In this document: piece by piece, positions 1 through 13,349 of the stretch
How positions within the stretch are numbered: position 1 is the first letter of the stretch
Layout of the letters: each line of letters begins with the position of its first letter
From: Eledone cirrhosa
Taxonomy: Eukaryota
DNA length: 64,000 nucleotides
Direction: 5' to 3'
NCBI GenBank assembly: GCA_964016885.1
Contig: OZ024750.1
Span: forward strand, 27,590,001-27,654,000
Translations under genes and position numbers: made by a program
Notes under the pieces: generated by a model
The model's input: the letters and a program-made list of their open reading frames with translations, nothing else
Told to the model about the DNA's origin: nothing
The model's database searches: none

Positions 1-1198
1 GGCTCACTCTCTCTCTCACACACACAGACAGGCTCACTGTACACAGACAGGCTCACTCTCTCTCACACACACAGACAGGCTCACTCTCTCTCACACACAC
101 AGACAGGCTCAGTCTCTCTCACACACAGACAGGCTCACTGTACACAGACAGGCTCACTCTCTCTCACACACACAGACAGGCTCACTCTCTCTCACACACA
201 CAGACAGGCTCAGTCTCTCTCACACACACAGACAGGCTCAGTCTCTCTCACACACACAGACAGGCGCACTCTCTCTCTCACACACAGACAGGCTCAGTCT
301 CTCTCACACACACAGACAGGCTCAGTCTCTCTCACACACACAGACAGGCTCACTCTCTCTCACACACACAGACAGGCTCACTCTCTCTCACACACACACA
401 GACAGGCTCAGTCTCTCGCACACACACACACAGACAGGCTCAGTCTCTCTCACACACAGACAGGCTCACTGTCTCTCTCACACACACAGACAGGCGCACT
501 CTCTCTCTCACACACACAGACAGGCGCACTCTCTCTCTCACACACACAGACAGGCTCACTCTCTCTCACACACACAGACAGGCTCAGTCTCTCTCACACA
601 CACAGACAGGCTCAGTCTCTCTCGCAAAACACAGACAGGCTCACTGTCTCTCTCACACACAGACAGGCTCACTCTCTCTCACACACACAGACAGGCGCAC
701 TCTCTCTCACAAAACACAGACAGGCTCACTCTCTCTCACACACACAGACAGGCTCAGTCTCTCTCACACACACAGACAGGCTCACTGTCTCTCTCACACA
801 CACAGACAGGCTCACTGTCTCTCTCACACACACAGACAGGCGCACTCTCTCTCTCACACACACAGACAGGCGCACTCTCTCTCTCACACGCACAGACAGG
901 CTCACTCTCTCTCACACACACAGACAGGCTCACTGTCTCTCTCACAAAACACAGACAGGCTCAGTCTCTCTCACAAAACACAGACAGGCTCAGTCTCTCA
1001 CACACACACAGACAGGCTCAGTCTCTCTCTCACACACACAGACAGCCTCACTCTCTCTCTCTCACACACACAGACAGGCTCACTGTCTCTCACACACACA
1101 CAGACAGCCTCACTCTCTCTCTCTCACACACACACAGACAGGCTCACCCTCACACACACACAGACAGGCTCACCCTCACACATACACACACACACACA
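1..1198. repeat. Minisatellite, ~28-34 bp unit (CACACACAGACAGGCTCACTCTCTCT), open at window start
   Basis: Constant CAGACAGGCTCA core repeated with variable (CT)n/(CA)n parts. Confidence 0.95.
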
Positions 1199-1307
1199 CA
1201 AGCACTATAACAGACATATACAGACAGTAACTGTCATCCATGTTTCATCTTGTAGGACAAACATTACCATCAACATATCTCATCTTTAGAAGATTTACTA
1301 CACATAG

Positions 1308-1309
1308 TG

Positions 1310-1357
<48 letters not shown>

Positions 1358-1594
1358 ACTGCTACTCCTGCTACTACTACTACTGTTGCTACTACTACTT
1401 TTGGCACCAAGGACACCATTACTACTGCTACTATTACCACCACTACTACCACTGTTACTGCCTACACAACCATCACTACTACTGGTACTATTAACACGAC
1501 CACAACCACTTCTGATACCACAACTTGTACTACTACTACTACTACTACAACTACTACTACTACTACTACTACTACAACTACTACTACTACTACA

Positions 1595-1656
<62 letters not shown>

Positions 1657-2964
1657 CACATTAGTACTTGTACTACAACTACCAACACAAGCAGCACTAC
1701 TACTGGTACTACTTCTACTAACACCACCTACATCACCATCACCACTAACACCACCACCATCACCACTAACACCACCATCACCACTAACACCACCACCACC
1801 ACCACCTCCCACATCACCACTAACACCACCACCACCCGCATCACCATCACCACTAACACCACCACCACCTTCATCACCATCACCAGTAACACCACCACCA
1901 CCACCACCTACATCACCATCACCACTAACACCACCACCATCACCACTAACACCACCATCACCACTAACACCACCACCACCACTAACACCACCACCTCCCA
2001 CATCACCACTAACACCACCATCACCACTAACACCACCACCACCACTAACACCACCACCACCACCTCCCACATCACCACTAACACCACCACCACCTACATC
2101 ACCATCACCAGTAACACCACCACCACCACCACCTACATCACCATCACCACTAACACCACCACCACCACCACCTACATCACCATCACCACTAACACCACCA
2201 CCACCTACATCTCCATCACCAGTAACACCACCACCACCACCTACATCACCATCACCACTAACACCACCACCACGTACATCACCATCACCAGTAACACCAC
2301 CACCACCACCACCTACATCACCACTAACACCACCACCTACATCACCACCACCACCTACATCACCATCACCATCACCACTAACACCACCACCACCTACATC
2401 ACCATCACCATCACCACTAACACCACCACCACCTACATCACCATCACCACTAACACCACCACCACCTACATCACCATCACCAGTAACACCACCACCACCA
2501 CCACCACGTACATCACCATCACCAGTAACACCACCACCACCACCACGTACACATCACCATCACCAGTAACACCACCACCACCACCACCTACATCACCACC
2601 ACCACCACCACCTACATCACCACTAACACCACCACCTACATCACCACCACCACCACCAACATCACCATCACCAGTAACATCACCACCACCACCACCACCT
2701 ACATCACCATCACCAGTAACACCACCACCACCACCACCTACATCACCACCACAACCACCACCTACATCACCACCACCACCACCTACATCACCATCAGCAT
2801 CACCACTAACACCACCACGACCACCACCACCTACATCACCACGAACACCACCACCACCACCACCACCTACATCACCACGAACACCACCACCACCACCACC
2901 ACCACCTACAACACCACCACCACCACCACCACCACCTACATCACCACCACCACCACCACCACCA
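1308..2964. repeat. Compound trinucleotide array, (ACT)n grading into ACC/ATC/AAC motifs
   Basis: Direct reading; source of the poly-T/P/Y/G pseudo-ORFs. Confidence 0.95.
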
Positions 2965-3098
2965 GCTATGAACACGAGTGACTTAATACCACCTTCCTAT
3001 CATTCCACTTGCTCTGCTTGTCTGTCAGTCTATGTCCGTCCGTCGTCTGTCTGTCTGTCTGTCAGACAGACAGACAGACTGACTGTCAGTCAGTCAGT

Positions 3099-3155
<57 letters not shown>

Positions 3156-3316
3156 CTCTCTCATATATATATATATATCTGCAGAAGTTATATTTAATTT
3201 GTTGGGATTCAACAAGCTTAAACATTTTTATAACTGTTATAAAGCACTCAACAGCTAATAGTGGAGTAAATATACAATATATTAACAAATGGAAACTATA
3301 TTTATAAAACCATATT

Positions 3317-3382
3317 TATTTTATTATACATATTTCAAGAGCCGCCAAAGCAAATTATGGTGCGCTTTCATCAGATAAAATA
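3317..3382 (-). ncRNA. Type I hammerhead ribozyme candidate
   Basis: Minus strand: TATTTTAT-CTGATGA-AAG..CTT(stem II)-GAAA-TATGTA-TA-ATAAAATA; perfect 8-bp stem I, loopless near-palindromic stem III. Confidence 0.75.
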
Positions 3383-3755
3383 CAATACAGAATTAGTTTT
3401 ATAAATAAATATTGACATACCCTCAAAAAAGACAACCTTAACGGTTGGAGCTTCCTGGATAGTGGAGATATTACATTTATTGAGGGTGATAGAAATTTAT
3501 GATTGAGTATGCAAATGAGTGAAATATGTATAATAAAATAAATATGTCGTTTCTGAATTTGTTTAGCAAGATTCTTTATCTGAAAACGTGTGTTGAAACC
3601 GATATTGTTATACTTTGGGAGGGTCATGTTGCCAATAAGAAACACACGCACCAGTTGATTTCACTTCAATTTATTATAATAAATTTATAAATTTAGGAAC
3701 TTATAAATTTCCGGTTGGTTGGTTGGTTCCACAACCAGATGGTTGTTTATATATT

Positions 3756-3798
3756 GTCAAAGTTCTTTCGTCACACATTCTGTGACCTCTTCAGTGAC
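3756..3798 (-). ncRNA. Minimal hammerhead ribozyme candidate
   Basis: Minus strand: GTCA-CTGAAGA-G-GTCAC-AGAATGT-GTGAC-GAAAGAACTT-TGAC. Confidence 0.6.
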
Positions 3799-3890
3799 TG
3801 GGGATTCTTTTCTTTGTTTTTGTGCCCCTCCTTTGTTCTGTCCTACGCCATAAATATGGTTTTATAAATATAGTTTCCATTTGTTAATAT

Positions 3891-3920
<30 letters not shown>

Positions 3921-3925
<5 letters not shown>

Positions 3926-4406
3926 TAATAAAGTAATGAATAAACAAAGAAACAGTTCCTTATATTAAAAAAATTCATCTCATTTTACGATCGTTTCTAG
4001 GATATATATGTGTTAGTGTTGGTATGCATATTCTATAGATCTATGTAAAATATTTATACAAATATTTAAACAAATATCATTATTTCTGAAGACAGCATAT
4101 ATATGTGTAGGTATGTATATTCCCTCTGATAGTTTGTATAAATATTTTACATAGATCTATAGAATATACATACCAACACTAACACGTATATATCCTAGAA
4201 ACGATCGTAAAATGATGAATTTTTTTAATATAAGGAACTGTTTCTTTGTTTATTCATTACTTTATTAATTTATCTTGACTCTGTTTTCCGTTAATTTTCA
4301 CCGAAGATAGTTTTTGAATACATCTTCTCTTTTCATGATATCCGGATTACATTGAGTTCTTCATACGAATTGGACACTACCGTAAATTTTTGGTAGATTT
4401 ATCTAC
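3921..4406 (+). mobile_element. PLE-like terminal fragment with inverted 5' duplication
   Basis: 3921-4061 is the reverse complement of 4133-4271; contains HHR; (TA)n on both sides. Confidence 0.7.
4077..4218 (+). ncRNA. Hammerhead ribozyme candidate with very long stem II
   Basis: TCATTATTT-CTGAAGA(4086-4092)-~105 nt hairpin-GAAAC(4198-4202)-GATC-GTA-AAATGATGA. Confidence 0.7.
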
Positions 4407-4417
4407 ATATATATATA

Positions 4418-4820
<403 letters not shown>

Positions 4821-5011
4821 GTATTAACATCCACCAATATGTGTGTGTACGTGTGTATATGTGCGTATATAAGCATGGTTTCTTTTTGTCCACTTTATCA
4901 CTCCACTTTACATCAAACTTTTAAGAGAAAAATCTGCCGTTAGTTATCTCCCTTGTCATGGCATTATTTCACCATCAACATTTATACTGAAACTTTTATT
5001 TTATGATTGCT

Positions 5012-5800
5012 ATCATCATAACCACCGCCACCATCATCACCATCACCACCACCACTACCACCACCATCATCATCATCATCATAATCAGCACCACCACCAC
5101 AATCATAATCATCATCATCGGCATCACCGCCATCACAACCACCACCACCACCATCATCATCATCACCACCACCACCACCACCACCATCACCACCACCACC
5201 ACCATTATCACCATCATTATCGTCATCCTCACCATCATCTCCATCAACACCACCACCACCGCCACCACCATCATTTCATCACCACTACCACCACCACCGC
5301 CACCACCATCATCACCATCATCGCCATCACCACCACCAACACCACCACTATTATCACCATCATCATCACCACCACCGCCATCACCACCACCACCATCGCC
5401 ACCACCATCATCACCCTCATCATCATCATTATCACCACCACCACCACCAACAACAACAACAAAACTATTATCACCACCATCATCATCATCATCACCGCCA
5501 TCACCACCACCACCACTATTATCACCATCATTATCACCATCACCGCCATCACCATCACCGCCACCACCACCACCACTATTATCACCACCATCATCATCAT
5601 CACCATCACCGCCATCACCACCACCACCATCACCACCCCCACACCACCACCACCACCACCACCACACCACCACCGCCACCACCACCATCATCACCATCAC
5701 CGCCACCACCACCACCACCACCACCACCACACCACCACCGCCACCACCACCACCACCACCACCACCACCACCATCACTGCCATCATCATTACCATCGTTA
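5012..5800. repeat. Imperfect (ACC)n/(ATC)n array
   Basis: Direct reading. Confidence 0.95.
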
Positions 5801-6300
5801 TAATTGTTATCACTCTCATCTCCTTCCCTCACCAATAACTTCTAGTTTTTGACACCAATGTTCATTTCACATCCTTTCTTTCCCTCTGGACACTACCCTC
5901 CTTCCTCAACTCCCCTTACCTCCTGGCATTTATCTAAACCACTTCACTTAAAGTTCATCCCTTCTCCTTACAATCTTCCCCCTCTTCATCATGGGGATGA
6001 TGATGATAAATCATCACCATAATCACCATCCTAATCATTGTCATTGTCATATGACATCTTTATTAATCTAATATTCTAAACCTTATTACGAATAGAACTT
6101 GGAAAAAAAAAATAATATTAATTTCATCTTGAACTTCTTACAATTAAGAAATGATTCTTGTTATGCATTCAGCTCACAGGATGTATTAAAAAATTCAAAT
6201 GTACTTCTGTGCATTTTAAACTTCCTTTTTAATTATATATTACTCTTTAACTCTTTTACCTGTTGCAGCCATCCGGCTGAGGCCATGCTGGGGCACCGCC

Positions 6301-6435
6301 CTACCCCGACGGCTGAGCTCAAGCCGTTTCGACGGCTAATTCTGGACTAAATTAGCACTCGTTCCTATTACCCACTCTACTACCCTAAGTATTGAGTACT
6401 TTGGTGCGTTATGGTTCCTTACCATACTACCTTCG

Positions 6436-6479
<44 letters not shown>

Positions 6480-6622
6480 CAAAGGAAATGTGATAAGGAA
6501 CCAGATGGACCATAACGCACCAAAGTACTCAATACTTGGGGTAGTAGAGTGGGTAATAGGAACAAGTATGACCCCGACGGCAAAGCTCAAGCCGTTTCGG
6601 CGGCTAATTCTGGACTAAATAA
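6301..6622. mobile_element. Two tail-to-tail copies of a (TA)n-associated short family bearing GAAAC-GGCT-loop-AGCC-GTC
   Basis: Same family at 12150-12290, 16785-16923, 19405-19580, 19798-19935, 19987-20050, 21867-21912, 41603-41742, 50605-50660, 60200-60545. Confidence 0.75.
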
Positions 6623-6958
6623 GAATTTTTAGCCTGTTAAATAAATAGCCAAACTTCTCAGGGGGTAATTCCATATATGGTAAAATAGGGATTGTCACAA
6701 GGATTGGTCAAAAGTTTGTTGTTAAGACATATGATTCTATCATGGCATTTTGTGGAAGGTAGGGGTAGCTGAACTTGCCGGTAGAAGAAAGAGGGAGAGG
6801 GAGTGGAGGAAACCCAGTCAAGCGTTGAAAGTGAAATCTATACAGCAGATTCTAAGGATAGTGTATAGAAGGTCGAAAAAAGAGGTAAATCGAAAGGGGG
6901 TAAACAAAAAAGCCATTATATATATATATATATATCTATAATATATATATATATATGA

Positions 6959-7100
6959 AGGCGCATGGCTTAGTGGGGTTAGAGCATTGGTCTTCAATCG
7001 AAAGGTTGTGAGTTCAATTCTCGGACCGGGTGATGTGTTGTTTCCTTGAGCAAGACACTTTATTTCACGTTGTTGCAGTTTACTCAGCTGTAGAAATGAC
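6959..7100 (+). mobile_element. tRNA-derived SINE, CORE-like family
   Basis: A box TGGCTTAGTGG, B box GAGTTCAATTC, CCTTGAGCAAGACACTT central motif; relatives at 8203-8420 and 15025-15090. Confidence 0.75.
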
Positions 7101-7579
7101 ATCAAATCACTCAAGACACCTCCAACGAGATATACCTTGGAGGAGGCCAGCTAAACCTGCATAGGCTGTAACAACAACAATATAAATATATATATTGAAA
7201 GGATAACAAGGACGATTGGTTACTCCTTCATTACATTTGTTGGTATGTGGCGCGCGTTTCGCCACTGATCAGCTCAAGGTTCGATCTGTATCGATCTTAC
7301 TCGACTCAATAATCGACAGCTAACTCCAGCCAGAATCCATCAATTAGATTGATCAGCCCTTCTAAATCCGACGTAGGCCATTTTACTCAACAAGGACTTG
7401 ATTTTCGTAAGTAATAGGTCGGACATTAGTGCGAATGAAATAGAAATAATTCAAGCCTGGAAAACACTGTTAGACACAGTGTGTATCCCCACAAAATGTA
7501 TACACATTTCAACACCATTCTAATAAATATTGCCTGGACAGGTAATCTAAGTTGTATAATGTTGTTATAATTAATGAAA

Positions 7580-8127
7580 TAATTGTTTCTACTTTAGGCA
7601 CAAGGCCAGCAATTACCCAGTGCATTACTAGTACTTTATTTTATCGACCCCTTAAGGATGAAAGGCAAAGTTAACCTTGGCGGGATTTGAACTCAGAATG
7701 GCAAGGGGCCGTAACTCTATAATTAATGAAATAATTGTTTCTACTTTAGGCACAAGGCCAGCTATTACCCAGTGCATTACTGGTACTTTTATTTTATCGA
7801 CCCCGTAAGGATAAAAACAAAGTCAACCTCGGCGGGATTTGAACTCAGATCGTAAAGGGACGTAACTATGCTGGAAAGCATGGCGTCCGACACTCTATCG
7901 ATACTGCCAATCCACCGCCCTTATAATTAATGAAATAACTGTTTCTACTTTAGGCACAAGGCCAGCTATTACCCAGTGCATTACTGGTACTTTTATTTTA
8001 TCGACCCCCGTAAGGATGAAAGGCAAAGTCAACCTCGGCGGGATTTGAACTCAGATCGTAAAGGGACGTAACTATGCTGGAAAGCATGGCGTCAAACCCT
8101 CTACCGATACTGCCAATCCACCGCCCT
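7580..8127 (-). mobile_element. Three head-to-tail copies of the dominant ~190-bp tRNA-derived SINE
   Basis: A box TGGCAGTATCGG, B box GAGTTCAAATCC, central GCCTTTCATCCTTACGGGGTCGATAAAAT motif, ATT tail; first copy 5'-truncated. Confidence 0.9.
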
Positions 8128-8439
8128 CATGAAATAATGAATAGTTATATACAACACGGTGTATATTAGAGAATCTAACAGAATGTTAATGTAGATATAA
8201 CTAGGCTCGTGGCGTAGTGAGTCGTGGGTTCGATTCAGGAACTGGGTTGAGCGTTGTCATTTTTATTCATTTCAAGTTGCTCCAATATACTCAGCTGAAA
8301 ATGAATACCAGCAATAGCAGGGGAATTTAACCCTGCGATGGACTGTCGTCCTGTCATGGGGGAGGGCAGTTTCCAGTTAGAGATATTGTCATCCTAACTG
8401 TAATAACATGGTACGTAACACCAGTATAAACCAAGTGAT

Positions 8440-8492
<53 letters not shown>

Positions 8493-8784
8493 TGCTTTCT
8501 CTCTTTCTCTCTAGCTTGATCTCTCACTCTCCCTCTCACTTCCCCCTCTCTCTCGCTTTCTCTCCCTCCCCCCTCTCTCTCTAACTTGATCTCTCCCTCT
8601 CCCTCGCACCCCCTCTCACTCTTTCTTTCTCTCCCTCTCCTTTTATCTCCCTCTCTGCTACAAAAAAATCACTTCAATACTGGACGTAACCATTACGTCA
8701 TTAATGTATGAATTAGAATTACCTTTTTAGTATCTTTCTCTTTAGGTTCAATAGGCCGAAATACATAGTTACCTTCCCCACTGT

Positions 8785-9504
8785 TATTTGGAATAACTTC
8801 ATATTCGTATTTGGAATAACTTCATATTCGTATTCGGAATAACTTCATATTCGTATTCGGAATAACTTCATATTCGTATTCGAAGTAACTTCATATTCGT
8901 ATTTGGAATGACTTCATATTCGTATTCGGAGTAACTTAGTATTCGTATTTGGAATAACTTAATATTCGTATTCGGAATAACTTCATATTCGTATTCAGAA
9001 TAACTTCATATTCGTATTTGGAATAACTTCATATTCGTATTTGGAGTAACTTAATATTCGTATTCGGAGTAACTTCATATTCGTATTTGGAATAACTTCA
9101 TATTCGTATTCGGAATAACTTCATATTCGTATTCAGAATAACTTCATATTCGTATTTGGAATAACTTCATATTCGTATTTGGAATAACTTCATATTCGTA
9201 TTTGGAATAACTTCATATTCGTATTTGGAATAACTTCATATTCGTATTCGGAATAACTTCATATTCCTATTAGGAATAATTTCAAATTCGTATTCGGAAT
9301 AACTTCATATTCGTATTTGGAATAACTTCATATTCCTATTCGGAATAATTTCATATTCGTATTTGGAATAACTTCATATTCGTATTCGGAATAACTTAAT
9401 ATTCGTATTTGGAGTAACTTAATATTCCTATTTGGAATAACTTCATATTCGTATTTGGAGTAACTTAATATTCGTATTCGGAATAACTCCATATTCGTAT
9501 TCGG
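8785..9504. repeat. 23-bp minisatellite (TATTCGTATTYGGAATAACTTCA), ~31 copies
   Basis: Direct reading. Confidence 0.95.
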
Positions 9505-10267
9505 CTATGCTCAGACCAAGAGAGGGATGGGTTTCGTCTGATTTTAAGTGCTCAAACCCCACCATCTCTCACGTCGACGAACCTACATCTTAATCAGAAG
9601 TACAATACCTTTGAGTAGACATATGTTTAAGTACATCTAACTAAGAATTAATTATTGTACGGTCTGATAACCAAATAGATTTTATATCAAACGTTTGGCA
9701 CCTGGGAGACACTAATTTGTAGCACTTAGGTAGTGTTGCCAAATGGATATTTATAAACAATTTATTGATTTCTACTACAAAACTGACATTGGACTCGTCA
9801 GATACTTTAAGTATGGTAGGATTTGGTTCTTAATGTTTATTCAGTTATCAGTTAGGTGATCACTACACTTGATAACACTTCGCTTTTGGCAGACCCTGAC
9901 TTATCCGTACTAACTGCCCACCACTTGAAGCCATTTCAGGCTAGTGTCAATTTTAAGCTATCAACCACGTAAATATATAAAGATTTAATAGTTGTTCATC
10001 TGACACACGTCTAAAGGAGAGCAAACAAGGAAGACTACACAGGTTAAGAGATTAGTTAAAGCCAGAATGAGGGGGAAAACAAACAGTTCAATAAATAAGC
10101 GAGTGACTTAATGTTTTGTGAAATAGGTTGAAGGTCAAACATTTTGTGGGAGGTACAGCTGATTTATACGTAGTCAGTGGTTGACTGGTTCATAATAATA
10201 TTGTCGAACTCAGGAGAATAAAAAGAAACGTCAATCGTGACGGAATGTGTGTATATGTATGTATATA

Positions 10268-10335
<68 letters not shown>

Positions 10336-10518
10336 GTGTGTGTGTGAGTGTGTGTATATATATAAGCACCTAAAATTTTGATCTCTCCTACGTTCGGGAG
10401 ATATGATCAATATTGGGCCTTGAACCTTAGGTATCGCTTTCGTTCCGTGTATGAAAATAACTAATATACTATACTATACAATACTATACTATATATATAT
10501 ATATATATATATAGATAT

Positions 10519-10549
<31 letters not shown>

Positions 10550-10940
10550 TATAGATAGTGCGTACATATATTTATTATTTTTTTAATATCTCTATGTGTG
10601 TATAGATGGTACATTCATATACTTATTTTTTTAATATCCAATTCAGTTCTTAAACACGTGGTTAAAATACTTTACAGGCTTCAATGACCAGCGTGTATAT
10701 TATTTTATATTTTACGATACCACCCCCTTTCCTTTTGGGGACAGTGTGAATTTTTTTTTGAAGGACTGCTGGACTTTCAAGCTTAGCAGCCCTTCTAGCA
10801 TTGACGGAGACCATCACTGATTATTAATATCGATGTAGTTTTTTATATCGATATTGCATGGGCATCCACTGATGAGTTATAAGGGCCCGCTTGTGTGTAT
10901 ATCTATGGATTATATACAAGTTTCTACATAACTTGGACAT

Positions 10941-11050
10941 TAATCCCGCCGAGGTTGACTTTGCCTTTCATCCTTACGGGGTCGATAAAATAAAGTACCA
11001 GTAATGCACTGGGTATTCGCTGGCCTTGTGCCTAAAGTAGAAACAATTAC
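10941..11050 (+). mobile_element. 5'-truncated dominant tRNA-SINE
   Basis: Matches 3' half of the family. Confidence 0.85.
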
Positions 11051-11277
11051 TTATCCCAACTTGTAGAAATGTTATAACGAAACGAACGTATGGAAAGAAA
11101 GAGAGATTTATTTAATTATGTCTCATATAAAATAATACAACCAACTATCCACGGAATATTATATGGTTAGCGCCCCAAACACTTAAATCGGATTATACTT
11201 AGGAATATCCTAATGTTTGTTGAGTGAGATGGAGTTGGTCAGAGTATCGCTTAAAGGTTTCTCTGTTAATGTATTAA

Positions 11278-11378
<101 letters not shown>

Positions 11379-12315
11379 TATCCACGGTTAGTTGTGGGGT
11401 CTAGTCTGCATGAAGAACTCAATGTAAACCATATGTTGAAAATGTTGTAGGTTAAAATAAATCCCGGAAAAAAAAAATATATATATGGTAAGATCTATTA
11501 AATGATTTGATGATACAACTGTATAAGGTAGTCAGCTATTCAAAACTCTAATGCGATTTTATGATCCACATCAAGATTGGCAAATTCTCGTGTCTGGAGT
11601 CACGGAAACATGCAGTTGCTAAATAAATATGTTTTTATATTATCTAGTGATTGTGACGATTTCTGTACAGTAGAATTAAATGATACCTCCTTCTGTATAA
11701 GAATGAAACATATGTAAATCAATTAAATAATATATTAATGTATTGAACCTTGGTTACATATTCAGTGAGGGATTGCTGTGGACTGCTAGATAGCTCATCC
11801 AGTAGTGAAGGCTAGCTTACACTGCATGGAACTATCGTATGATATGGACACCTGTTGAAGACGTGTAATAGCCCGATTGAGTAAATATCCGCTGATTTTA
11901 CGTGATTTGCTGAACATTGCAGAAGTAATATCTACACTTGTAAAGTCATATTACACAGAAACGATGTCCATCTATCTTTTCCTAAACCCAGTCAGTGTCT
12001 ACAGTAAGCTAAATGTGTGCACTCTGAACAGTTGATTGCAGCTGCATAACTGCAATTCGTCAGATTCATTGAGTGAACTAGAAGCTGGCCGGGGGACGCT
12101 CCATTTATATCACAGCGATGTTCGTTATTTTATTATATATATATATATATAACAAAGAAGGTGTGGTAAGATACCAGAGTACTCGATAGTTAGGGTAGTA
12201 GAGTGGGTAATAGGAAAAGAGTCAGGACCCCGACGGCTGAGCTCCGGTCGTTTCGACAGCCGGAGCTCAGCCGTCCTGACTCTTTTCCTACACACACACA
12301 CACGCACGCACAAAC

Positions 12316-12849
12316 TCATATATATATATATAAAGTTGTAGTTCCTGTGTGTTTGTTTGTTTGTTTGTTTGTTTGTTCATGAACTCCTCCTATGGTTTTG
12401 GAGATAGACCCCCCAATAACTACATATATTCTGAAACTACATTGCCCAGGGTACTTGGATAAGTATATTTCATTTTAATCAAAGGGTTCCCCGGGGGCAC
12501 AAACCCCTGCTGAAAACTCCCGCTGAAAATCTTTTCCCTTCGATTTATGTGAAAATTAAACCATAAGTAAATGACAAGATATGACGCCTATTCACAAAAG
12601 TTTTGAATTGATATTTTGAAACAATTATTTACAAGAAACAAAATAAGAATAAGATTTAATAATGTAAATTTGATTTGATATATTACAAAACATAATGTTT
12701 TCTAATTGTTCATGCATTTCATTTTACATTGAGTAATATGTAAATGTAGAGTTTTTCTCCATAAATTATATCACTGATTTAAAATCAATCATCATTTTCT
12801 TACAAATAAAAATGTGTGAAACGCAGCAAGGTGCGGGTAATTCGGCTAG
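12316..12849 (+). mobile_element. Non-autonomous Helitron-like element
   Basis: TC-(AT)n-AAAG start, internal (GTTT)n, subterminal hairpin CGCA-GCAAGG-TGCG, CTAG|T end. Confidence 0.6.
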
Positions 12850-13349
12850 TATAAATGTAAATGAAACATGTTCTCAGAAATACTACTCTTTTTATTTTTG
12901 ACATAATACATTACTATGCTTTTTCTATTCTCTCTCTCTATATATTTCCCCTCACCCCCTCTCTCTCTCTCTCTCTTTCTTTCTTTCCTTCTTCCTTTCT
13001 ATTGAATAACACTGTCAAATATATTTGATATTTCGTTAGACACAATTCACTCTCATTGATATAATCATCATCATCATCATTATCATCATCATCATCATCA
13101 TCCTCATCATCATTTTGACTGTCATCATATTATTATTGTAATGTGACCGAATTATCTGCCACCACTATCTACCACACACACACATCATCCTTCCTCTCTG
13201 TAAATATCTTTTATAAGCGGGAACATTGTTAATTCAGTATTAACTATACGACATGTTTACGACCTTGAAAATATTACATAAGCGAAAGGCGTTCTTTAAT
13301 GGCCTCCTCTACCCAATGGAAATATACTATCGTAGTTCTCTTTGCTGCT

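Larger units (their letters stand above)
3178..3897. mobile_element. Composite of Penelope-like terminal (pLTR) fragments between (TA)n tracts
   Basis: Two HHR folds; 3270-3317 recurs inverted at 3849-3897; homologous to 43766-44174 and 23380-23892. Confidence 0.7.

Noticed and set aside
1307-3258. Mucin/extensin-like Thr/Pro-rich ORFs (420 and 577 aa)
   Set aside because: Several frames on both strands are open because ACT/ACC repeats lack stops; no signal peptide, domain or splice support.
8785-9504. CRISPR or iteron array
   Set aside because: Contiguous 23-bp tandem units with no spacers.
10869-10890. CTGATGAG hammerhead core
   Set aside because: No stem II or GAAA downstream.
11450-12124. 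Unique, coding-looking sequence
   Set aside because: Frequent stops and no recognisable motif.
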